Position numbers and translations under genes: made by a program. DNA of 64,000 bases, from the NCBI GenBank assembly GCA_051294375.1, contig CM119266.1, forward strand, positions 287,132-351,131, written 5' to 3'. This document shows positions 48,061-62,212 of the stretch, piece after piece; the stretch's first letter is position 1, and each line of letters opens with the position of its first letter. Origin of the DNA: Paraspadella gotoi (Eukaryota > Animalia > Chaetognatha). The notes under the pieces were generated by a model. It was not told the origin of the DNA, did not search any database, and worked only from the letters and a program-made list of their open reading frames with translations.

Positions 48061-51000
48061 AGAGAATTTAGGGTCGTTAACATCTCAAGATCCAGGTGGC
48101 AACTGTCGCCTAACGTCCTTCGTAATTCGTTCGATCGACCGAGACTATTTATTATCGTCATGAAAAATAGAAAATATTTTTTAGGATGGTTAACATTTTA
48201 TATTTTTTTAAATATTTTTTTGCTGATAAACCTATATAAAAAGTTTTACAAGAACAGATTGAATATTAAGAGGCGACCGTAATAAAAAACCTTAAAATTT
48301 TAAGCATCAAACAGAAAAGAAAAATGCACCATCCAAAGATATTTTATTAATTATTTGGTATAGACGACATATAAAGTATGTGGGCGTTATTTTTTCTAGA
48401 ATTTACACGTTGTGAAGTTTACTCCATTTACTTGGCATAATAACGCCAATAACTTCTTTTAAATATTAGAAATAATAAAAAGAAATCATTTAATCTGCCC
48501 AAGAAATAATTTTTGTGGATGAAAATATTCAATAGAAAGTTGACTCTTATTGCTTTACATTTCCACGGGGAATCTCGAGCAATGCTAATTAACTCTCCTC
48601 AACGACTCTTATAAAAAAAAAATTGGGGATAAATTATGATCGAGATAATAAATGGTTTCAGGTTTACGAGAGACTTAATGAAGAACATTTTTTGAAAACA
48701 AGAAGATATATGATTCCGAGTCGAAGTGCATTTTCATTTGGTTTTGCAAATATTGAAATCTGAGGAACGACAGAACGATACGTTTGTTATTATTGTCTTG
48801 TTCCTGACAGTAAAAAGGTAATTAAAATCACGTGTAGCAAAAACTGTTAGATTTAAAAATACCGTTAATTAATTTTTGCTTGTTTGAATGATAAATTAGT
48901 CATAAATACGCTAATAATTATCTTGTAATATTTAGCGGTCGTGCAATAAAGATGATTTTATATTGCTGTCTAAAGAAAGATAATGGATTGAATTACGGGC
49001 GCTCATTTCGATTTTTAGTCCACTTTAAAGTTATGAGATTAAATGTTTTACACCGCTTATAAAAAAATCTACACATAAAAAAGTTTTAGAAACTGGAAAA
49101 GAACAAAAACAAAGTTTTTTTTATATAAATGTTTTTTTCCCTCTAATTATTTATTCATTGTATTACTTGACTTTCATTCGCGATTCTTCACATGAAAAAA
49201 TAATAAAATAATTAAAGTCGCTTTTCGAGTCAGTTCCGGTGTAAATTTTTTTTTTTTTTATTCTTTTTTTTTAGGAATCGATCAAAACTGATAAGAGCGC
49301 AAAAAGATGAGAAAAAGTATTGAGGATTTGTCAATTTTTTTTAACGATCACTCGGGGGTTCGTTACTTGGGAAAGCCCCCTACATTAAATTCAATCGAAT
49401 ATGACCGTTTTTTACAAACGCGATTATAATACTTTTAATCAGAAAATAATTTTGACAATAATTGAAGTTGATAAAAGATAAATATTTCTTATTTTTCAAT
49501 CCAACTTCCACAAGCAGTTTTGTTGCGTAATTGAAATTTATAAATAAACATGACAACATCATTGACCAAGCAATGAAGTCTTAAATTATGCTAAAATGTC
49601 CGAGACAATTATTTTTTTGTACACGTTAGGTGTTTATTAATACTAATCTTTAGGTGTTCGGAAAAAAAAAATTCTAGTTGTTAGGAAAATAAAAGAAACT
49701 TTTTCCTACAAAGAGGAACCTAAACGCAAATTTCCCGTCAGTCCGGTCAGTTCGTCAGTCCGAGTCTCAGAAGAAAGAAAGATCCTCCAGAACGCGGTAC
49801 GCGGGAATCCGAGATCGATCAATCTTCCCTCGATTGGCGCGGAAAACGCAGGACAGTTTTCGTTACAGTTCACGTTGTCTAATGTCCGGGTCGTTAGGTC
49901 CTCTGCGTCCGCATTGGGGTTCGTTACTCTTGGCGTTGTGTATGTGGTACTTGTTCAAAGGGCCGCTTGACATGCGCACTATCGAAAAGCGGTCATGAAA
50001 GAGAATTGTGATTGTTCTCGGCCGAGTTTTTATTAAAAATATTCTTTTTCAAAACGTTATTTTTTTTTTTTGAATATTTAATACTTAATTAAAAAAAAAT
50101 ATACGAACCTTAAATATGTATTAATGAACGAATTTTTAATTTTGGAACATAAATATTTAGACTCTACAAGAGACTGTAGTTCAGATCAAGCACTCGAATT
50201 AGTATTAAGCATTAAGCATTGAACTATTATTTCTACCTTCACTGCATGTGGTTAAGACACTTAAATTAATGATAAGAATTTTCCAGATTTGTTCACATGA
50301 AACAATTGTTGAAAATACGTGGATTGTTTTCGGAGCTAAATAAGCTAAATAAGCTCTCCTTTCGGGCCTGATGACGCGTGATTGCCAGAAAAGGCTGCCA
50401 TTGCATTTCTTATCCTGCGACGTTGTTCAACAGCGAAGTCGTACTCAAGTAACGAAATGAACGACTTCTATGGCAAGGTGACTTTTAAAATTAAAATTTA
50501 GCGCGGAAAAAAAATCCAAGACGGATTTAAATCTGTGGAAAAACATTGCGGCCTCTGGAAACAAAAAAACTGTGTTGGGTCAACAACGAAAAAGTCGGCG
50601 AACTGGCGCCAGAGAGAGAAAAAAATTATGTGAAAAGCCAACAACAACAAATATAGAAAAATGAGGATAGCGAGAGAGAGAGAGAGAGAGGAGAGAGAGA
50701 CCGACCGCCGTTTTTTTTGCCGAATTCATGTAACTCTTTCCCGCTCTTTCTCTCTTACAAAAAGTGGAAGCCGTTGACAGAAAAGGTTAGAACCCAAGAA
50801 AGAAAATGAAGAGAGAAAGAAAGTCTTTTTTTTAAAAAAAGGGGAAAAAATCCACAGCTTCCAAAAGAGAGAGGAAGAGAAAAAAGTTAAATAATAAAAA
50901 CGAAAAAACTCGAAAGCTAGTTTCGAAGTCGTTCTTCGTCGGGACTCGGGAGTGCAAGAGAAGGACTCACCGACTGAGGACGCGACACTCCCTGCTTTTT

Positions 51001-51066
51001 TTTCTTCTCTTTGGTCCAATCAAGTTAAATCATCGGCATTCCTCTTTAAACACGTTAGAAAAGGGC

Positions 51067-51097
<31 letters not shown>

Positions 51098-51938
51098 GAG
51101 AAGAGAGAGAGAGAGGAGGAGAGAGAGAGAGAGGAGAGAGAGAGACTGATATATTTAAGTACATCGGCGACGGCGCCGGCTTTTACTGTTGATTTCATTT
51201 TTGGGGGAAAAATATGTTGGCGACGGCTTTTTCCTTCTTCCGTGCAGGTTTTTATGAGGTCTTTTAGTTTTTACAATGAACCCCTCTCCACACATCGGGC
51301 AATTCGTCCTCTCATCTGCAAGACTCGAACCGGATGTAGCAGGTCGGCAATTTCTTTTTACGTTTATCTCTTTTGGGCATTTCTCTTTTTTACTTTCTTA
51401 CACTAGCTTTCTCTTTCTCTCTGTCTCCCTCTCTCGTAACATATCACCACCAGTCTCGTTACCCTTTGTTGTCACCACATTACCGGCACTTTCCTTCCCC
51501 ATTTCTCTACTCCCGCACCCATTTTTTTTCGTACGTCGAAACGAAAAGCACGATCGATTAGAAAAAAAGGTAAAAATCGAGAAGCAAAAGCGAGAGACAG
51601 AGAGACATCCGCAAAAAAAAAAAAAAAAAAAAAAACCGTTTGAAGGTATTACGAAAAATATCTTCGTTAGACAAGAATAACGTGCGCCGATAACAAAGCG
51701 CGGAAAAGATGCGACGAAACGCGTTTTTAAATCTGTTTTCCGTCCAAATTTGAAAAAAAAAAAAAAGAAAACCAATTGTGGTTCGTGGCGCGGGTCTCTT
51801 CCCCCTCCATCGCACGAGGCCGCTCGGACAGCGAGGACGACGCGAGAGCGAGAGAAATACATAGAAAGAAAGAAAAAACGGGGGGACCGATTGGCGGCCC
51901 AGCGCGACAGTAGCAAAGCTATGGTCGCGGGAGAGGAG

Positions 51939-51994
<56 letters not shown>

Positions 51995-52122
51995 CGGAGA
52001 GAGAGAGAGGCATGGCGGCAAATTCTAGCGTGGCAGCGTTGTGCTTTGGCTTGGCGGCAGGAAAACCCCACCCTAAGCTTCGGAGAAAGAAAAGCGGTTA
52101 GATAAGGAAGGATGAGAGAGGA

Positions 52123-52200
<78 letters not shown>

Positions 52201-52887
52201 TGTTTCGAGAAGGAGAAATGGGGGCCGGAGGAAGAGGAGGTGACCTGAATAAGGGAGATAGGGAGAAGAGGAAGAAGCGAAGAGAGAGAGGAGAAGAGAG
52301 GAGAGAGAGAGAGGAGGAGAGAGAGAGAGAGGGAGAGAGAGAGGAGAGAGATATCCCGCCGCCGCGGCTTTGGTACATCGGAGTTGCCATTTTTGAAATT
52401 CGCACGCGAAAAGAGACAGAGAGAGAGAAGAGAGAGAGAAGAGAGAGAGAGAGAGAGATTTTGAGAGAGAGAGAGAGATGAGAGAGAGGAGAAGAGATTG
52501 CTGTGGACGAAGTGTGTATTGTGTGTGAGTCGGACGAGACTTTCCGGGGGTAAGCGTGCTGTGTGTGAGATAAGAAACCCGACTCGAAAGAAAAAAAGCA
52601 GAAGAAAAAAAAATGAACGCACGCATATAAACAGAAATAGGAACCCGAAGAGAAAGAACGGTTTCTTCGTCTTTCTCTTCTCTCGCGAACGTAAGAGAAG
52701 ATTTACGGAAAAAGGAAGAAAAACTACGGGCGAAGTAGTTACGATTTATTTTAAAAACTTTTCCGATTCGACGATAGCGAAAAAAAAGATAGCAAAAAAA
52801 GAGAGAAACAGAAGGTAGAGAGAAAGAGAATTCTTCGGCTAATGTGCCTCCTGCAGCATCAAAGCCGCCGTGCAGCCGCTTCGGTTG

Positions 52888-52990
52888 TGACGTCATTTAA
52901 ACGAATCGCTGATTGGCGGCGGTATCTCCTCGGCGATCCCCGATTGGCTTCTCGGATTGAAGGCGGTAAGCAGCAGCCAATATAAATGCG
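52888..52990 (-). promoter_or_regulatory. Putative CCAAT/CRE promoter
   Basis: TGACGTCA at 52888-52895; ATTGG at 52912 and 52943 (31 bp apart); CCAAT at 52977; TTTAAA at 52896. Sits at the edge of a CpG-containing region. Direction is inferred. Confidence 0.5.
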
Positions 52991-54700
52991 TGTCCTTAAC
53001 CCTATTCCGCCAGCAGCTCATTTAAACCCTGTAACCCTACTTGGGGTGTGGAAGATTTGCGAAAAAACGAGAGAGAATGAGAAAATGAGTTTTTTAAGAT
53101 TAGAAGCCGTTTTTATAAAGCAAAAAAATTTTGCAGTTCGTCCAGAAATATTCTAGTAGCCCGTATAATTGCGCGATAATTAAATACTACTCACACTTTG
53201 CTGATAATTCGAATTCTGGTGTAGTGATAATCTTCTATAATTATGCGACATTATATCAACATTGCTAAACGTATATCAGATTTACAGCAAGAAAAAATGT
53301 GAAGGAAATTTAAAGATGCCACGTTAAATTAATAAATAAATAAATTTATAATTTATACCCACCTTCCATATCCTCCGCATCGATGCTCAAATGTTGAAAA
53401 AACGTAGGAATGTACCCGTTAGCATTGTTGTGCTAGAGCCAGGACTAGTACCGCCTCTCTCGTCAAACCTCGTGCAAGCAAAATGTACCAAGGGACAAAC
53501 AAAATAGAATTTACTACCAAATCGAGAGAGTTTCGAACACGGAAGATCACATCAATATCGTATCCGTATGTTTATTTTAAGCATTCTCGGTTTTCTTTGT
53601 TTTGAAAATTTCAAGAGGGAAAAAGTATAAAAAATTTGATTCGATTTAAACGAATGGCGCAGAAGATAAAAAGCATGAAAGGGCCAATGCGAGCACATGA
53701 ATGTCGAAAATAATTTTGTCCGACTTAAAAAAAAGAACAGCATCGACTACGTACCGAGGGCCACCTAGAGGATCTTAAAACCGGAACTATAAAACCGGAA
53801 AAATCAATCAATCAAAAGGTATACAATAATACATCCAAAATGGGATTCAGAGTGAAGCTAATCAAAATGAATCAATCAAAAAATTGAAAAACTTAAATTG
53901 CCAAAAAAGAAAAAAAAGGTTACTTTTACTTTCGCCGACCAGGGTTAGGAAGGGGTTAGGGTTAAAGGTGGTTTTGGGAAAAACTTTTTGGGTAAATTTA
54001 CTATTTGACATCCGCAACCAAACTTAACTTTTTTAATTTTTTTTATTTTTTGTTGGTTAAAAAAACATTTTCGCATATTTCGTATGATTTAAAAATAATA
54101 TAAAAATAAATTATCTAAAATTAATACTTTTATCATACATTTTTTATTTAGCAAAAAAAATATGTTTGAATAAATATTTTAAATTTATTTTAATTGCTAT
54201 TTTTGTGTTATATTTTTTCAACGGTTAGCAATTGGGTTAAAGGTGGTTAGTGATTAAAGGTTATTAGGGATAGTTAAGGTTAAGGGAGGTTTCAAAATAA
54301 AATTTATAATAAAAAATTATTCTATATTTACCAATATTATTTTTTTCATTTTTACATAATAAGATTTCTATACGTCATTCATAAAAATCGAAAAACAAAT
54401 AACCAACTGCAAAATCTACAGTTTAGCCAACTTTTCTAACGCGCAATTTTGTATCACAATCAATGTGGGTAACAGCAGGAGATCAATCGTTGTCTTTTTC
54501 GCCATTTTTTAAAAAAAAGAATGCCTCAAATATTTTTTGGAAATTCCCTAATAAATTAATTTACTAGTATCATAGGTTAGGAATGGAACTTGGATCGCAA
54601 AAAAAAAAATCTCCTTAAACTAACAAATATTTATTAGTATTTATTGACGCTAATTGAGTAATTGCGATTGCCACTTCGAATCTTAGATAATAAAAATTGA

Positions 54701-55860
54701 CTAAGATTTTCTTGACGACTTTTGACAGATGTGAATTCTTCCGCCGGGGTCGCTCACGTCCGGCAAACAGTCAAGTCTGGGTTCGCAAGAATCGTTCGGA
54801 CAATTTAGAGTGCAGATGCCACCTTCGGGAGACGGTTCAACGCAGAGGCCAATCTCCGTCACCGTCCCTGTTATAGACAAATAAAATAATAATAAATAAA
54901 ATAAATAAATAAATAATAATAAGATAATGACATTAAATTAGTTTAGAAATAAAACCATTATTATTACTGAATACTTGTTGACTGCTGATTACGTGTAGAT
55001 TAGAGTGGAGCACTGGGGAACATAAATTTTATTAGAGTGAACAAACAAGGATATTTAGACGTGATATGTATTGAATTATTGGAGTACAAAAAATATTTTG
55101 CTTATATTGTTTGTGGAACAGTATCATTAATATTTATAGTAATATAATTATAAAATCATAAATTTTCAAATTATTTTTTTAAAAATTTTATTAAAGATTC
55201 TGATTCTTTATAAAAAGTATAGCATCAAAAATATAAAATATGTTATTAAAAATTTCAATGTCTTCAGCGTCAAAAATATAAAAAAAAAACGGTCAAATTC
55301 TCTACTTTTTTCCGCTTTGTAGTAGAAACTATTATATGATAAAACATTTTGGACATTTTTCGCAGCTTTAATCCTCAAAATATCATGTAACATATTTTAC
55401 AAAAGTTTTCCAGTTTTTTCCGGTGAATCCGAAACTGTTCTTAAAATTTTAAAAAATATGATTTTAAAATTTTACGATTTTATAAGGATATTACTATAAA
55501 AAAAAATTCAATTAATGATACTGTTATGCAAATTTTGTTTTTTAAAGGGCTTAATTATTTTTTATTACATATACAAAAGCAGCCAAAAAACATTGTTCCA
55601 TCGCTCAATCTTTTTATCACTCCACCCTAGTGTAGATGCGGGGTACTAACTACTAAATTAATTAACCCCAAGACGCATAGTTGATGAGGTTCATGGTGAA
55701 GAGAGATTTTACCGGGAATCCAATCGAAAACGCAGCATCGATTTTCGGCGCATTCGGATTGACTGCGACATCCGTTGACGTAACTAGCATGAGTAGCGTC
55801 GCTTCTCAAGCTGCACCAAAGGACGCAAGCGCCGAAAACAAAAACGCCAATGAGTTTCAT
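54701..55860 (-). CDS. Secreted 10-Cys prokineticin/astakine/colipase-fold-like peptide, 104 aa
   Basis: Exons 55860-55713 (CCCG|gtaaaa) and 54867-54701 (ataacag|GG). Signal peptide MKLIGVFVFGACVLWCS; mature region C-x5-C-x4-CC...GLC...EGGIC...C....C...LDC...IC. Confidence 0.75.
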
Positions 55861-57092
55861 TATGATTTATAGGGAACGACGACGTCTGAAGTTTCTCACG
55901 CCTGCGATTCATTTTACTCGACCGAAATCCCATTATATGCGGCAACGTTCGTCAAACAATATTCTGGTTAAATCTAGTTAACAAACTGAAAGAAAACTTA
56001 AACTAGTATTTGAAACTGTATAGCAAAAATTCTTGGATGTATAACCTTATCATGATCACTAAGATCCGGACAATAAATATCAAAATCATATATCATAATA
56101 ATTAAAAATTTATTGGCACTTAAATACTACCGAGACATAAAGTTAACTATAAATTAAGGAGGAAAACAACTTTTTTTAAAACCGTGTTAGCCTGAGAAAT
56201 TTTTGATCAAGTCACCTGGAAAAATTTCAACTAACTGCCTAGAAATAAAAAAAATTAAAATTAATATTCGTCCTGAAGCATGTAATATTTAATAAAAAAT
56301 GACAAAACAATATATTTTTTAAACTTTTTAAAATATTTTTACTCAAGAGTTTGTAATAAAACTTCCCTGAAGAAACATCAATGTCAAGCATAATCAGGAA
56401 TGAGTTCGACAGTTTTTAAATTGACAAAAAAAAGTCATCGCGGAAGTCGAGGCTTTTAATACTATCAGCCAATAGTTTTATCAAAATGAGTCACCAATTA
56501 CCAAGCAGATCATAAAATTGCATGATGCCGCTGACATAGCACTTTTGAATGACAAAAAATATGAAAGACATTTAGTATTTTATACTAAACGATAATAAAA
56601 TAAATTTTTAAGTTTGTTGGGAAAAAAAGTCCTGAGTGCTGGAAGCAACATCGTGGTTTACAGGGAATGGGAAATGAGATACATAGTTTGTTCCCTCGTA
56701 ACTGTTAGTAAATTAGTACGATTTTATTACGTAAATACATAAATTACGTTAAAAAAGGTTCTTATTTACAGTAACACGTACATTTTTTCGGCCTAGTAAT
56801 ACTTTATGGAAAATCCCCAAGAGTGTAAGACTGGAAACAAAAAATAAAATAAAAATTTTAAATAAAATTTAACTTTCGTATGATCACGTGAAAAAAAAAC
56901 CAACTCTCTCATTCAAAGCTCAACTACTCAATCAATTTTTTCCCCTTTTTATGGAATAAATTGAGCAACGGAAATCAAAAGAAAACTAAAGTGTGATTTC
57001 AACAACAAAAAAACTGAGAAAGAAGAAAAGCTTTGAATTACAAGAAACATTCTAGCGTGACCAAGTAGCAGGTTACCCCTTCTGTTCTCCCC

Positions 57093-60000
57093 CTACTTTC
57101 CAACCTCCTCCCCTAAAATTCTCTCAAGCCGCTCGTCGTCCATCGGGCCAACTAGCGCCACCTCGAAGAAAACTCCGTGACTGTACTTGGAACGGATCGT
57201 CGTCAGCGACTTGCAAAAGACTTTGGGATCCAAATAAGTGTTGATTCTCTGAAGGAGTGATGTCACTTCCGAGTATGTGTAACCCGAGTGGTGCTCCAAC
57301 GCGGCCGTCCACTCCCCGGATCTTTTTATTCTGCGAAATGGGGATGAAAAAATTCAATTAATTGTTGTACAAATGAATCAATCAATCAGTATAATAATCA
57401 TTCAATCAATGAATAAGATATTAAAATAAGGAAAGAAAGACAGTCAGGATAATATTTAAAAAAAAAGAAAAAAAAAAGAAAAAAAAGGATTGAGAGAAGA
57501 GACAAAAAATTAGAGAAAAAAATCTTAAAAGCATAAGGATCGTCGCAATAGCATAAGAAATCTGGATTGACGACAAATTTTGATACTAAAAAAAATAAAA
57601 TTTGAGAAAAGAAAATTAAATTATAAACAAAGAAAAATTCTATTTTGCGATTGTCAATAAAAAAAAAAAAGTACGGAAGAAAATTAAAGTTACAGTTTCT
57701 GAAAAATAGCAAAATGATAACATGCATGAATGCGATGCCTAATTCAAACTTTTTTTTTAAAATAAAAACGCAGAGAGAGAGAGAGAGTGAAAAAAAAAAA
57801 TCAAAAGGCAGCAGCAGAAGCAGCAGGAGAAAAGAGAGAAAAAGAAAGAGCCACTGCAGAGCCAGCTGCAGACTCAAAAGGCAGCAGCAGAAGCAGCAGG
57901 AGAAAAGTGAGAAAAAGAATAAGCCCCTGCAGAGCCAGCTGCAGACTCGTTTTTTTCCCCTATGATTATGAATCAGTGACTAGGGAAAAGAGAGAGGGAG
58001 ATAGACATGTAATTAAAAGAGAAAAGAGAGAGAGAAAAAAATATGAAAATAAAAGAGAGAAAATTTGTTTGTTTTGATAAAACGTAAACAAAACATATTT
58101 AATAACTGTCCAGACTCAATTTTAAGCACATTGATGATGAGAAGCTGTATATAAATTTTCAGCTTCATACACCCAAATTTAATCATAAAAAAGGCGATCT
58201 ATAATTTGGACGACAACAACGACGACGACGACATCGACGACATCGACGACGACGCCACTTATGCGCAAAAGCGTTACAATATCGTCGCAAACGCTAAGCG
58301 ATTGCGACGATAAAAAAGATGTTTTTTCTTCAGTGTTCATCAAGCCAGAAAATAGAAGAAAGAGAATAAGAAAGAAAAAGAGATAAGGAAACAAAAATTC
58401 TCTTGAATTCCAACTCACTTCATCGCGAGAAGAAGCGTCGCAGCGGCAATGAGCGACGCCGGTTGCTCCAAAAGGTTGTAGTCCATCAACGACATCTCGA
58501 GGACAAATCTCGCCAGCGTCAACGTCTCCATGGAAACCTTGGCGACTTTACCGTAGCGACGTAGGAAGCGATAGGAAAGCGGAAGGCCCAACTGTACGCC
58601 GTTTGGGGTTACATTAAAACTTGTCTAATACGTTAGATTCTAAATCTAACACAAATGCATCAGACCAACCAAAAACAATTAATTAACATGACAAATTGAA
58701 CTGAACAACTTATTGTATAAAACGCATTAAACCAACCATTCACGGCGTTCAACCAGTCAGAGAACCAAATATTTAAGAAACCATCATACGGCGTTCCGCG
58801 ACCCCTGCCGACCCCATTTCAATCTTCCAAAGAACCCACCTGAAAGTCGACCGTCCTCAAAACGTCTCTCTCCATCTCTACGAACTCACGCTTCCCGTAA
58901 GCGTCGTCACAGATGTAGAGAAAGTCGTCGCAACAGGGCGGACATCGCTCGTCGAATTTGGAGGCTATGAAGAGAGACGCCGCGCCCACCAGTTGGAGTT
59001 GCTCTTTGGAGGTTTCGTGCCGACTAAGGTAGAGGTCGGTCAGTTTAACTGAAAGGAGAAAAGGTTTTAGGATAGGCTCTTTATTAAAACGAGGAACATA
59101 GCACGCAGAGAAAATTACGATTGTACACAATAATTCTTAAAAGATCCATTATTACAAACTCCAAGTTAGCGTTTAAACAATCTACATGCAAAAGAGCCAC
59201 ATCTTATTGGCCCGGGAGGGGGGCGAGGTTGGTAAAACTCCTCACCAGCGAGGTAGAGAGTCTCGTGGTTGAGCTCAAAGTTCTCCTGAACTTCGACCAA
59301 CCAATCGACGAGAACGGCGCGCATCTGTGACGTCAGATCCGGTTGGCGCCACATGTAGGGCGCGATGGCAAATTTGGGCTCTTGGGACTGTTGGTTAACG
59401 AAAAACGAAAAATAAGGGAAAAAAACAAACAATATAACGAACAAAAAGATAAGAATCAACAATAAAAAAAAACAAACCATAAAATGATATTTATTCGACC
59501 GACTGACTGACCTTGTAATATCTGAAAATGTCGAAGGCGTAGACGGGGCTTTGGAAAGGATCGTCGGCGACTTCGATGTCGACTTCGTTTAATTCGTCGT
59601 CAACAATCTCAACGACGTCGATCACGCTCTCGTCGAGTTCCACTTCCCTGGAAGAAAAGTTAAATAAACAATCAATCAATCAATCAATCAATAAATCAGT
59701 CAATATCCATTATGGAAGATGAGAATAACTTCTACGCCAAACAAAAAAAAATCAATCAATCAATCAATCGTAATAAACGAAAAAAAGAAATATATTCTTA
59801 GCCAATTAATCATTGATTAATCAATGACATCTAACAGCAAAGAAAGAAAAACCATAAATTTGCTTCTAAACTTTCTCTTAAAAACATTTATATATAAGTA
59901 GGTTGACTTAAGTCGTCAAGCCAGCCGCGACTTTGCACCGAATCCATCATCTTCACAGAGTTACCGAGCAATGCTAACCAGAGTGAAGACTGAGCGGATT

Positions 60001-61186
60001 GTTATCGTGCCGGCATGGCTTCCTCACACAACAGTCAGCGCCGTAGGGAAAGGGGGCGCTGCCACCCTAAAGAGGAGCCCAAACGAGTCACCTAGCAACA
60101 ACTAAATCATCCACAAACACCGACCATAACTTACTCTGACCGACGAGAATGGTTGAGCTTAATCAGCGACTTAGATTTGGAAGGAGATGCGCGTAGGAAG
60201 TCTGCCGCTGTCGCAGACGCTGCGGCGTCGTCGCCTTGCGCTGCCGGTCTCTCGTCGAGCGGTTCGGCGACTGCAGGGACGACGAGGGGCGGAAGGGGAA
60301 GCGGGGATTCGTCGACGAACCGCTTGAGATCTTGACGGAAGACGTCGTGATCGCGTTGCGAAAGTTCGACGATGGAGACGGAGTCGTCGAGGTCGACGTC
60401 GGCGCGAAGGGAGATGGAGTCGGTCGGCGACAACCTGGAGGCGGCGTCGAAGGCGGAGGGTCTCGAGAGAGTGGACACGAGATAGTCCAATTGTGAGACA
60501 GATTTCTGAGGTTTCTGTTGAACAAAAGATATAAGATGAAGGACCTTTACAAAGGATTGGTGGAGGGGTTATTTCTGATCTTTCTCATTGTTATTACGGT
60601 CGCATTTCTCTTAAAAATCAAGCCAACGTCCTTTCCTTTCCAAACGCACCCTCTGTTGACGCTCCTTGTCCACCGTCGACTTATTTTTCGCGCGAAAGGA
60701 CGACGCCCGCGCCCCCAAAATCGACAAAACGTTGCTTTGCCTCTTCGACGGCGCCTTGACATCCGGGTTCCGGTTCTCGGCATCTTTGATCTCGAGCAGC
60801 GCCCCCAGCGGGTCCAGCGTCTTAGCCGGGGGAACCTTGACGTTTTTGGCGTTGGCGTCGACGGCGGAGAGATGGTTGTTGTTCGTTGGTTGTTGTTTCT
60901 GTTGTTTCCCTCGCGGCCTGAGGTCGTGCCTTCCCTTGCCCGCTTTGCTCAGCCCGACGGCCGAGCGGACGATGTTGTTGGTGAGTTCGCCCAGCGCCGT
61001 TCGCTTCACGTTCTTCTTGTCGTTCTCGGCGTTGGAGCCGGACGGAGCGCGGGGGCGCCGCTTGGAACCTTTTTCGCCAGCGCCGGCGCTGCCCCCTCCG
61101 GCGTCAACCATGCCCGAGCAGAAGTTCTCCTCGTCGGATTTGGTGGCCTTCTTTCCTCCGCGGAAAGAGTTTCGAGTCAATGGCAT
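57093..61186 (-). CDS. CCNB3: G2/M cyclin B3, 7 exons, 604 aa
   Basis: Exons 61186-60650, 60514-60135, 59647-59512, 59387-59246, 59048-58840, 58591-58419, 57330-57093, all GT-AG and phase-compatible. D-box [10 protein letters not shown]; cyclin box [56 protein letters not shown]. Confidence 0.95.
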
Positions 61187-62178
61187 AATTTCTTCTTTTT
61201 TTTTTTCGATGACGACAAAGTTTTGATTTTTTTTTAGAGCAGCCTCCTCCTCCTCCTCCTCCTCCTCCGGTGGGGGTAGGAGAGATAAAACGAGAAATAT
61301 TTTTTTCCCTCTGTTTGCGCTGCCTAACGGAATTTCTTCTCTTTTTTTTTTCGGTTTCGGTAGCGGAGTGTGACTTATGAATAGAGAGGCTTAGCTTTTT
61401 TCTTTCTTTTCTTTTGTTTTGTGTGTGGCTAGTTGTTGCTAATTGTTCGGAGTGTTGGCTGAGACTTAGGATGGAGTCTAGTTGCTGTTTCCTCTACTTA
61501 CCTAAAATATAAAAAAAAATTAAGATAAATTAGGAACTCTCAAGAAATAAAATTATCAACAAGGTGATATATACGATTTATTTTAATATTCTTTGTGAGT
61601 TCAAAGTTTTAAACCTAAACTTTCAGTACTATAAATATAATCCATAAAAATAATTAAAAATATAAGTTGGAGTCGTTTTTTTTTCAAGAAAAAAACCATC
61701 AGCATCATCATAACTCGCAAATATTTTGTTTTTACCGATTTCCTAAAAATTTCTCTTTGAATTCCTCATCACATTTTCCATAAAGTTACATGTATCAACC
61801 TCTTAAAGAATACTCGGAACAACGATGGCTTGTCCTTTGTCAGAATGTGTTAACGACATCACTCTCTCGACTCTCTTCACATTCTTCACACTAAATGCAA
61901 ATCTAAACCGAGAAATCGCGATAACGCAACGGCGGCCGAAGAAGCCGATCCTCGACCACAATGTCACTTCGACGACGACGACGATGGTCGGAATATCGTT
62001 GCGATCATTTGAAGCGATGGCACTCGGTTAGTTACCATAGTTTGTTACTCTGATCCATTGTTGTTATTGTTCCCCTCGCACAATGGATCATCATGAATCG
62101 GGAACCGTTTTTTTTTCTGGGATAGAAAATGGCTGGAAGGAAGGAACCCGCGCGACTAAACAGGCTCGAAGTAGAAAC

Positions 62179-62212
<34 letters not shown>

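Noticed and set aside
53940-54290. Degenerate TTAGGG-like runs (also ~10125-10195 and ~63915-64000)
   Set aside because: Short and irregular; more like internal motifs of dispersed repeats than telomeric arrays.
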